Below are positions 25,607 through 35,689 of a DNA stretch of 35,689 nt, in pieces. The translations under genes were made by a program, and so were the position numbers. The DNA comes from Choristocarpus tenellus KU-1152 (taxonomy: Eukaryota; Protista; Phaeophyceae). Under the pieces are notes generated by a model. It had not been told where the DNA came from and made no database searches. It was given only the letters and a program-made list of their open reading frames with translations. The DNA lies in the NCBI GenBank assembly GCA_964200185.2, contig CAXNAD020000048.1, positions 1 to 35,689 on the forward strand, read 5' to 3'. Every line of letters begins with the position of its first letter. Position 1 is the first letter of the stretch.

Positions 25607-27561
25607 CACTGCAAAAGACCAATCCATAACCTCAACAACAGGTCAGTACCTCCTGAACAATGTCGACTCAGCACTGAGGGCGATGAAAGAAGATTTCCAG
25701 ACCAAGGCTAAGGCCACCCAGGATGTCCCCATGGCCACAGGTTGAACTTGCCCTGCAGACCAACCATTCAAATACCTTACTGTTCTGGATCAAAGACGTA
25801 TTCGAGCTCATCGTTCTTTCTCAAAGTCCTGGATCAAGGACACACTTAAGCTCATTGTCTTGTCCATGGACCACTCCAAGCACTCAGGCACAACGTTCAG
25901 AGATGATCCCTTAGAGAACTTAGAAACAACTAGACCACAAACACTATCCTGATAACGTTATGAAGCCAATTGTCCCTATTGATGACCAGGATAAGCAACG
26001 ATACCAGTCGAGTATGGCTGAAAATTCCGTAGCAACACTGGTTTTGTACCTTAGTCCGGGACAAGGAGCTATGCTCAACCTTACCTCGCCCTGACTCATG
26101 GTCAGAGGCACTACACACTGAATTTTTTTTGTAAATACGAACTATGATGAACAAGTGATTCAGAACAAGTACGAATATATAGAAACGCTATAAAAGCCAA
26201 AAACCTTTCAAGTGATATGTTTAGGGAAATGTCTACTCGAAGTATGAAACATTTTCCACAAGACGAATTAGATCGTAAGGTGATGATAATCAGATTCCTT
26301 TCGGAAAACGGACTGGGTAGGACTTTTTTTCACCCAGAATTCGCTAAGCAAAATGCCAGTGTCGCATTGAACAAAAGGTTGGTGGTGACTATGCGGTCCC
26401 TGAGTCTCTAACAAGCCTCTGCAAACCACAGGAATAGCATGTAACCATACTTTCTATACATGAACATGCAGGCTGTACAGAGGAACATTGTACAGAGGAA
26501 CATTGTCCCTGTTCATGTTGCTCTTAGCTGTCAATTGTTTTCTGATGACTAGTAAAAACATGCTTCAGAACATTGCAATAACTAAACTTCAGTACCAACC
26601 CAGTGCAAAAGTTCAATTGGAAAACCTCTTGGTCTTACACCGCCACCATCAGACGCAACCCCCCGTAAGATGTTTGATTGGTAGAGACAACTATTGAAGT
26701 GTTCTGGATGGAGTCAAAATCTTGAGGAACACTTCTTTACAACCCCTCAATCACAAATATACTCTTCAGTCTTCTTGAGGAAACATAGGTCAATACTTCG
26801 TCTCAGACATGGTAGGAAATAATAGAGAAACAACACAGAAACACGTGAAAGTCAAGGTTCTTGATCCCTTGACAGAGTCCCTGACCGATTGAGGGGAACC
26901 ATTTAGTCTTTCGGGACTTCATACAGCTTGGCACACCCCCTGCATGAACATTCTTGATTCAATCAAGTCAAACAATTTTCGTGCCAATTAATAATACATC
27001 AATAAAATATTTCAATTCACACAAACACCACAATTTCTTCTCATGTATTAGTCTTGAAGAGGTCTAGATCTTCAACTATCCCTTCTTGCTTGATCACTTA
27101 CATATTTCAAAGTACTTGAAAATAGGGAGTGGGTGGCTTTAATTTGGGTCAAAAGTGATGAATGTCACAGCACCTGATGGGTTGCACTTACAAAAATGCG
27201 TTCCAAAGGAGCAACAGAATCTCTTGAAGCGCTATATATATACATAATTTTACATTATTTACAAAACAGGTACACTACCAGCACAAACAACTGCTAGGAA
27301 AAACTACAGAATGGGCACACCTAGCCCCCCTACTACACTACCCTAAAGGTACGAAAGCACCATGAAACGCCTCTGAATGGGAACACCTGCAAACTAGGTT
27401 TGTTTTGCATATTGGCTTCCTACGGGCAGCCTCCACCCACAGCAGTTGGACCCTTGACTTGAGAGTAAGTGTGGCCGGTAGTCTCTTACTGTTAGAAGGA
27501 AAAATCTAGTTGGAAACAGTAAGCACAACTGTCCTCTATGGGCATTGGCAAACATGTAGGG

Positions 27562-30500
27562 TCACAAAGGAGTGCCAAGTTGATGTCGCCTGGACCTGCA
27601 TCTCCACAACAAAAGGATGACACTTAAGGATAAAATTGCCGCATAGACTCCACCCACCTACAAGGCATGAATGAGACATGAGGGTAAGATTATCACAATT
27701 TACAACAATGCAGTAGGAGTAAGTTGCGATCTCCTCTGAACGTTTGAGAGTCAATACACTGGGTGCTATTAATACTACTGTGGCTGCTTGTAACTTCAAA
27801 GTGGTTGCAATTCACTTCAAAGTAAGAAGAATAAACTGTTTGGTGTAAGAGCTAGGGTTAGAGCAGCTAACACTGAGAAGAGCATCGCAGGATGCCTACA
27901 CTTTGACTGTCCCTAGAGAGTGTAGAGTGCACATCTTACTTGTTGGCAAAGTTAGGGTTAGGGTTAGAGTTAGGGTTAAAACACCAAAGGATAGATCACA
28001 ACATACTGGCAGTTCCTCACATAGCCACATCACATACTGGTCAATAGTAGGCAACTTGTTGTTTAGTACTGAAATGATCATTCCTATGACAATTAATATA
28101 TAATTCAAATAAACTTAATCTGGGGGATCTCAGACCCACAGTCAACAGTAACACACAGCAGGAATATTCCTGTTGACAAGAGCACAAAATGGATAGAGAC
28201 AAAAAAATAAACACATGAACAAAAAAAGTAACATGCTTTGCTGCCGAGGGGAAAAGGTACTTAATGAGGGATACATACAATACATACAATACATACAATA
28301 CATACAATATACATACAATATACATACAATACATAAATCAGAGGACCCTTGCAATCCAACCAAACCATTGCTGAGAAACAACTCATGCTATGCTACAGGC
28401 ATGGATTCCAATACACCAAAAGTACCCACCAGTGGGGCATTGAAGCCATCTAGCACAGGAATTGGGCGTTGCTTGCTCACATCCACATCAATCACAGACG
28501 CCCCTCCCCCGCAAGCAGAGCTACAGTAATCACATCTGGAGACAACCAGTAAGAGCGGAAAATGATTGCAAATGGATTCCAGCGATGCTTGGGACAGGAA
28601 ATGAGTTTTGATCCATTCCTCCAAGTCTGTTCACTACCACTCCAACGCGTACATGTAACACTACCTGACACTACTTTCAATCTGCCTTTGTTGTCTGGTG
28701 TAGGTGTAAGGGGTGAATCACATTGCCATTGCCCCTCCTTTCTGTGGCTAAGCCAATGCATGTGATCAATTTATTAATGTCATTCTGTCAACCAACAGGG
28801 TTAGGGTTAATCAACATTCAATATTCACCAGATGTGAAGGGTTAGGGTTAATCAACATTCAATATTCACCAGATGTGAAAGGTTAGGGTTAATCAACATT
28901 CATTATTCACCAGATGTGAAGGGTTAGGGTTAATCAACATTCATTATTCACCAGACGTGAAGGGTTAGGGTTAATCAACGTTCATTATTCACCAGATGTG
29001 AAGGGTTAGGGTTAATCAAAATTCATTATTCACCAGACGTGAAGGGTTAGGGTTAATCAACATTCATTATTCACCAGATGTGAAGGGTTAGGGTTAATCA
29101 ACATTCAATATTCACCAGACGTGAAGGGTTAGGGTTAATCAACATTCATTATTCACCAGATGTGAAGGGTTAGGGTTAATCAACATTCATTATTCACCAG
29201 ATGTGAAGGGTTAGGGATAATCAACATTCAATATTCACCAGATGTGATGGCAACAAGATAATACCAAAAAAATAGGAGTATTCAGTAAAATGGTGGAGAT
29301 TACTACACAACTACATCTTACATAATTGATAGCGACCAATTGTGATTTGTCCAGGCTATTGTCACGGCAGAAGATCTGTTCTTGGTATTAATAGCATGTC
29401 CACTTCCCCAAAATGGTACTCTAATTATCATTAGTGTTCATAGTATATACTCTAAATATCATTAGTGTTTATAGTACATACTACTACTTGTTACAGTAAA
29501 GAATGAAACTAGAACAGAGAGTGTGCTTGATTTCTGGCCCTTGTGAAATAAAGACCTTGTTGAACCTTGCGCAACATACTCCAAGCTCATGCTTGAAATG
29601 CTGTAAATCATCCTTAGGGTTAGGGTGAGACTGTACAAGAAGATTAACTGTGGACATATTATGGGTTATAGCACTCTCCACAGTCCAAAACACATACAGC
29701 AGAGGGAACTCACTTGTAGGGGCCCTTTAACGTCAACAGTACCCCCCTCTTAGAAGATATCACTCAAAAGAGTATAGTTAGCATGGAAACTTGTAATCAC
29801 TATCAGGGTGGAGACAGCTTAAGAGCATGACCAAGTTTGTGAGCACAATTGCTAACCCTAACCCTACAGCTTTTGATCCGATAAGCACCTCTAAGAAACA
29901 TAACTTGAAAGCATGGCATAGTGGCTCTTCTAGATCACTGCAGTTCATCAAAACAAATCGCCCTATCAAAGTTTACTGTGGTAGGTAAAATGTCCAATAT
30001 TTAACACTAACTACAAGGCGAACAAGTCATGGACCCTAACTGGTAAACATGGGCTAGAGACAGTAGATAGCTATTCTTTCTGTTGGTGTGAATATCGTTT
30101 AGGGTTAGGGTTAGGATGCTTCATCAGGTTTCATACCCCCTCCACTCTAGCGCTAATATCAACACTATTTTCACTACACAACCATTCACACCATCAAACA
30201 TCAAAACTTAGGCTTAGGGGTTACATTGAAACATTATCTGAGCATTAAATCCACTCACCCACAGCCCATGAGCTCAACCTGTGGAGGGGGGTACACAAAG
30301 GGTACCGTGTCATTGCCAGGGTAGAAGAAGGAGTGACAAGCCAGTGTCTCTAGGGAGAGCCAGGACAAGGAGGTTGTATCTTCAGACCCTAACCCTATCT
30401 CAGGCAATTGCTTCGCAACAGTATCAGGGACTCTTACTCCCTCCATGTTGCCATCAACGTCAGAAGAAAAGGCTTCCACCATCCCTTCACTTCCATGTCT

Positions 30501-31630
30501 TGGTGCTTCAAAGGATGCATCCATCTCAGACAAACCACCATCTTTGCCTGACTCTAACAGCAGACCCAGATTCCCAGCTTGTCTAACTTGCTCCAGCTGT
30601 GGGGCAAGGTTCAAATCTATCACTTGTGTGGGATCACCAGGTTCATCAATAAGGGTATCAGGATCACCCTCTTGGTTGTTGTGGTGTTCCAAAACGTGTG
30701 TAGGCGTATCTTCCCGGCTTGGCTTTGGTGTGGCCAATGACGTGCCATTGTCTATTATAGGTGTACATGAAGCAACAGCAGGGTCAAGATGTGTGTTGTC
30801 ACCACCAGGACCAATAAGCTTCAATGACTTGCTAAAAGACAATGAACGGGATCTTAACCTCTGGATTACTACACATAACCCTTAACCCTAATGCCATTGA
30901 GTTGGGCACATTAAAAAAAAAATCGAGGTGCTGTCACATATGCTACAGGATGATGCTGCAGGCCCATCAGAGTTCTTTTTTGTAAAGACTAAACTGTTCT
31001 GAGTTGCAGGAGAGAAACTCGAAGGAAGTAAAGGAAAAGTAAGAGCTGAATTTCTCACCTATATTCTCATCTAAATTCTGTAGCCAAAAAGATGATGCAC
31101 TACTAATCCAATAGATAGTCCAGCAGTACTGTAGAGTATTTGAGAGTATGTGGTACTTAAAACACTCTAAAGCACATCAGCATGGATGCAAGTTTCAAAA
31201 ATCTGTCAGGAAACTGACTGCTTGTTCACTGACCTTCCCAAGCAACAAGAATCCAATGCAATGGGTTGTAATTTGTCCATAACCCTAATCCTAACCCTAT
31301 CCCTAATCCTAACCTCACCAAATGATAGGAAGAAGTACTCTCCATGTCCTACAGCCCCAGTCTGCATCTGGTACTTCAGTAGGCCCTAGAGTCATGTGGG
31401 TTAGGGTTAGGGTCGGGGTTAGGCTGCAGGCCATCACTGGCATAATATTTTATACTATCTTATATTTCCAAGAAAATACAAAGTAAAACACGGATCCTTT
31501 GACAGAAATTGTACAAATGCAGAGAGAGTGGGGAATGCTGCAGTTTAAAGCACTAGCTGATTCAACGCCTCATAAACATGTACATGTTGTTCGTACACAG
31601 TAGTCAGTAGTCAGTAGCAGTAGTAGTAGT

Positions 31631-31671
<41 letters not shown>

Positions 31672-34600
31672 CAGTAGCAGTAGTAGCAGTAGTAGTAGAA
31701 GTACCATTTATCTGATACCCAACCCAACCCACAGCTTCAAAAATATATATTCAAGACATGTTTGAATCACAACCACATACCCACAACAACACATGGGACA
31801 ATCAGTTACCTAGCCATTAGGCTGCAAGTCCTAACCCTAACCTTAGTCCTACCTCCATTGTGTAAGTGTCTCCTCAATGAACTATGAATAGCTCAAACTG
31901 TCTCACTCAGTATCAGTGTAAGTTCAATCACAATTCTTATGAACTGGATGAGTGCACCTCTATCCCAGTTTCTTATTCTACAATACCTTACAGTACAAAC
32001 TTACCTTAACCCTACCCTTGAGGTTACACCAAAAGTCGTAGTGTATCTCCTCACTGGTACTCATCCATATGCCAAATACTGCCCATGGATTCTGCAAGTC
32101 CTATTAGAAGGTCAAGCATATGACAATCACAATAATGACAACATTCTAAAAAGAAATGTTGATAGTGAACCAGAAACTTAACACCAATGGCCATAAAGAT
32201 GCAGGTCCTAACCCTAGCCCTAACATAGTCCCTGCCCATACACGTATAACAAATGAAATCCTCCTACCCTCTCTAGCAAAACATAAGCTTAAGCCAAACC
32301 CCCACAAATTCTTATCTCAACGGATGCCTCTGCAACTGCCTTCCTCAAGCCATAACCCTAAACAACCAACTCTACATAAAACAAACCCTAACCCTATGCA
32401 AAGTGCACTGTGCAAACCAACCCTGCCATAACAAACATTGCTTACCAGGCCGGATTGCATGGCAGTTGTCTCCCCAACAATGGCAACCCTTTTGCAGGAG
32501 TTGTATATCCGGCAGGCGTAAGCAGGATCCACTCGCACATCAGCCTGCAGCACCAGGCTTGATCCGCCAGTTAGGTCATCTGCCCTCTAATTGCACAGTC
32601 ATACCCATTGCAGTAAAAACAGGCAGAGTCAAAGCATCTTAGAGGGTAGGGCCGCGTCCATTCAGGGGTCAAAATCCAATGTTGCGATTTTGACGTAAAT
32701 TTGGCTATTGTGTGCATTGGGAAATGTCAATATCCATGTTCCAAAGACACCTTTTCATGACATGAAAAAAATTCCTTTCGGAGTAGGAAAATTTCATCAA
32801 AAATCTGTGGGAAGCCAAGCCCCAAATGGACAAGCATGTCAAAATTCTTAGACCCTCTAAGGTACTTTTACTCGCAGTCTTTCAGTTACAAATACAACAA
32901 ATGCAACAAATACATCAAATACATCAGACTATCCACTCACCTACTGACCCATGCAAGCATGCAATTACATATTACTTGAGCATTAACAATATTATTATTT
33001 TTGTGGAGCACATGACACAGCAGGGTTAGGGTTTAGCGTGGACACAAGGAGATACAAAATATATCCATGAATCATATGGATAGGTGCAGGAAGATATGGT
33101 GTCTCAACTGCATTAATGGGGCAAGTGCTAATGCAACCGCTAATGTTGTATAGACATGGGCAGCTTCAAGCATACTGAAAGAGTGCAAAAAGACAAGACA
33201 ATATATTTTTTTAAATAAATATAATCGTTATTTCAAGCTGTGGAAATGGTTGGGGCTAGGGTAATGGCACTAGAGTATAAGCAGATCATAGCTCTAGTTC
33301 TCTCTCTGCTTGGTTGTGGATAGCAGTTGACTTGTTGGGAGGCTCAACAAGGTGGACACAAGAAGATGGTGTAGCAGAGCATTACTTCCACCTCCTTAGA
33401 AATATTACAACAGTTTCATGTTACTTAAGCTTACCTTTTGCAGGTGCTGGATATGCACATTTCAAGCCCACTACTGTACTCAGCAATAGCTCTACAGATC
33501 CTAACCGGTGTAAAAAATGGTACTCACTGTAATTTTTACCTGTAAGGATTACCTGTAGGTTTTACCTGTAGCGACCTGAAAAAGAATCCTCTTGGAACTA
33601 ACATCTTTCTTGAAGTGTAGAATGATCTGCAGTGGTTTGCAGCTGCAACTGTTCTAACTTGACAACTTCAATAATTCATTGATATCCATTCATGACCAAT
33701 GTGATGACTGACCTGAGCATATGCAGGGTCATGTATTGTAACAAAGTCTCCTTGTTCAGGGGAACAGATAACCGCGCACCAGAAATCAACAAGATTCACT
33801 GCGCATGCCAGGCAACCTGTTGTTGAGCCAAAGCTGCAGGGAGGGTATTGTTTTGGTTGGTCTTACTGCTGTCGTCCTACCAATAGAAGTGAAGGCCAAG
33901 AAGAGAATACATCACCCTTACTTGCTCAGGCTCAAGAATAAGGCAGTATCATTGGAGCAATATTTGTTGGGGTTAGGGTTAGTTATTAGTAGCTAAATAA
34001 ATACGCCATAATGGATTTCAAGACCTTCTGGTTCGAATTTTAAAGGCCACATCCGGTACTCTCTGAAGCACCAACCCATTGGAGGAATACCAGGCACTAA
34101 CCCTAACCCTAACCCTAACCCTTGATCACAAGTTTTCAACGAAAATGAAAATATGTAATACTCTTACTACCTCAACAAGTCCCTCCACTGTGTTGTATCT
34201 TCAGCAACAAGCAATACACGTTTGCTTTCGGTCTCCACTATACATCTTTCAGCCAAAGGCCATCCTCCTAGTACGGAAATAAAACTCTTCTCTAGCTGCT
34301 ACGACTGTAACACAAGCATAACAAATCTCTCAATTGGCATTTCGATCCCCCTCTGGTGTGCAACAAACTCCTTGCAAAAGCTGTCAAAAGATATCTCGTT
34401 CATCACAACTATTCAGTATAGTACATGATAGTCATAGTCAGCTGCACGTTGTTGAAACCTGTTCCACGATTGTGGATCCATTTGTTGCTTGTCCTTGCCT
34501 GTCCACGAGGGTCTGAAGGTTTTGATAAAGGGCGTAGTTTTGCTGCCAGGTGCAACATCCGTTGTCAGTATATCGAGGGCAAATGATTGGCGCAATAGGG

Positions 34601-35297
34601 GACAGTCCTCGTGGAGTGGGAAAATCCACAAAGCACCTGTGGTTGAGTAGCGGAAAGTCGAGGTTGTTGGGGCAGTGCCACTCTCGATTGTTGGGATGGT
34701 AGCGAATATTCTTCAACAACTACCCCAGGCAAAGTCATCCCTTCGTTCTCGAGTGTTCGATGATGGCACAAAATTCTTACGATCCAAACAGAGATTATGA
34801 TGTGTGACACGTTGGTTTGTCCTCTGTACCTTCCTTCCTCGTCAGGGATGGCGCCTCTTGAGCAGAGACCAGTGTAGGCATCTACGGTGGACCCATCCCA
34901 TACAGAATTGTGCTTTACACGGTAGCCGTGCGCCTCATCCATCGGGAAAGGTTCCGCTTCAGACCCTTCCACCACTGTTGGTGTGCAGGCCGTGTCCACC
35001 CCTGTTTGGAAGCACGTCTGATCCCAAAGTGTGGGGAGGAGTAAATGGAAATGGAATCACAAATCATACTCCAGGTTGGAACGTCTGGCACGCAGTTGAC
35101 TCGCGAACTGAGAATATAGAGGCTGCTCACGTCCTCGGGGATCCAGAGAGGGGTCCGACCATATGATCATCGCTAGTTCCTACTCTATCTCTCCTTCTCA
35201 CTGAATACGTATATCTTGCCTGTGTGAAGGCACAGCGACCACCTTGCGCCTTCCCAGTCATGCTCAGAATGGACAACACAAAACAAGAGATCGGCGG
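27562..35297 (-). CDS. Stand-alone Niemann-Pick C1 N-terminal-domain protein with a single C-terminal TM helix (at least 475 aa; start exon unresolved)
   Basis: Exons in transcript order: 35297-35220, 35017-34830, 34636-34499, 33833-33713, 32586-32446, 31385-31319, 30751-30259, 28535-28430, 27657-27562 (1428 nt, phases match). The Cys pattern GRCAFTQTC, ICPRY...CCTWQQ...L, GCLACAVNLVDFWCAVICSPEQGDFV, YACRIYNSCKRV and GCGCDYCSSAC mirrors the NPC1 NTD (Cx5C; CC..Q; CPAC..N...C...CSP.Q..F; Y.SCK.V; CSC.DC..SC). It ends VGGVYAAILSLSVILLLWRCRSRR...LGTPL*. Confidence 0.85.
28271..28335. repeat. (ATACATACA)n simple repeat
   Basis: Visible 9-11 nt unit array. Confidence 0.9.
28797..29247. repeat. 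Intronic minisatellite of 11 x 41 bp (AGGGTTAGGGTTAATCAACATTCAWTATTCACCAGAYGTGA) with a telomeric core
   Basis: Units start at 28797, 28838, 28879, 28920, 28961, 29002, 29043, 29084, 29125, 29166 and 29207. They differ only by point substitutions. Confidence 0.97.
31598..31698. repeat. Compound (TAG)/(CAG) trinucleotide microsatellite
   Basis: Interleaved TAG and CAG runs over ~100 nt. Confidence 0.95.
32626..32873 (+). mobile_element. MITE family A, copy 3 with a GCA target-site duplication
   Basis: GCA|GAGTCAAAGCATCTTAGAGGGT ... ACCCTCTAAGGTACTTTTACTC|GCA. TIRs are 19/22 complementary. The element sits ~40 nt upstream of the splice acceptor at 32587-32588. Confidence 0.85.
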
Positions 35298-35589
35298 CTG
35301 CTAGTCAACAGCGAATGGCGGAGGAAGAGCTCAAGAGTTTTACCAAGGAGTCTCCTCGTGTACAGCACACCTCATATATATATATATATATATATCGTTG
35401 TGGGGAGACTTTGAGAGGATGTTGCAAGTCCAGTTTGATAACACTGATCCTGCCCTGGAGCCTTTCCTAGAGTGCTTCAGAGCAGGGGTGGATTTCCCAA
35501 CTCACTTCAAGTTTATAGTGGTACTAGTCTGAGGTTGTCCCGTCATAACTTATGATGTAAACATCGGATTTATTAAATAAAAGCATATT

Positions 35590-35643
35590 CTGCTAAGTTT
35601 GTGTGCATTGCACGCGAGAGTTCGAATCTCACCGGTGTCGCCA
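35590..35643 (+). pseudogene. 3' half of a tRNA-Ser(GCU)-like sequence ending in CCA
   Basis: Anticodon loop CT-GCT-AA, long variable arm GTGC-ATT-GCAC, T arm GAGAG-TTCGAAT-CTCAC, acceptor 3' strand CGGTGTC, discriminator G, then CCA. No D arm or A box directly upstream. Confidence 0.75.
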
Positions 35644-35689
35644 ATGTGAATCGTGTGATTCTGTGGCGGCGTGGTTCACTCAGAGATCG

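Noticed and set aside
24520-26450. Coding-looking fragments (e.g. VDSALRAMKEDFQTK, SWIKDTLKLIV)
   Set aside because: Frequent stops, no recognisable motif and no consistent splice model.
28797-29247. CRISPR-like array
   Set aside because: Units are near-identical along their whole length with no unique spacers. There are no cas genes and the context is a eukaryotic intron.
6511-34121. True chromosome end or telomere in the window
   Set aside because: Tracts are only 2-5 units long, occur in both orientations and are embedded in intact genes.
34459-34542. Alternative GT-AG exon encoding KTTPFIKTFRPSW...
   Set aside because: It is phase-compatible but omits the CPRY...CCTWQQ motif needed for the NPC1 domain; the overlapping frame with a GC donor fits the family.
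35131-35170. First exon MIIWSDPSLDPRG for the NPC1-like gene
   Set aside because: It gives no signal peptide and loses the Cx5C motif provided by exon 35297-35220.
35560-35643. Complete functional tRNA-Ser gene
   Set aside because: AACATCG at 35560 could pair with the acceptor strand, but there is no D arm, A box or 5' anticodon stem.

Overview
Eukaryotic nuclear DNA with intron-rich genes and (TTAGGG)n-type motifs. A stramenopile alga such as a brown alga is my inference. Most ORFs in the supplied track are spurious. Manual, phase-consistent splicing gives three intact-looking genes. (1) A minus-strand 7-exon, 398-aa protein fusing a mitochondrial TMEM65 domain to a C-terminal GAF domain (5545-13271). 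(2) A divergently transcribed 7-exon, 256-aa FUN14/FUNDC-family protein with an EF-hand-like loop (19040-22745). (3) A minus-strand protein of at least 475 aa made of a stand-alone Niemann-Pick C1 N-terminal domain and one C-terminal TM helix, apparently using two GC-AG introns (27562-35297, 5' end unresolved). The window also holds a spliced DUF7869/Sola-like transposase pseudogene (1-3692), decayed hAT and Copia-like relics, and three MITE-like families. Other features are an 11 x 41-bp minisatellite built on a telomeric core, dozens of short telomeric tracts confined almost entirely to introns, and a CCA-ending 3' half of a tRNA-Ser(GCU) at the right edge. No CRISPR array or rRNA was seen. 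All family assignments come from motif recognition by eye, not from database searches.
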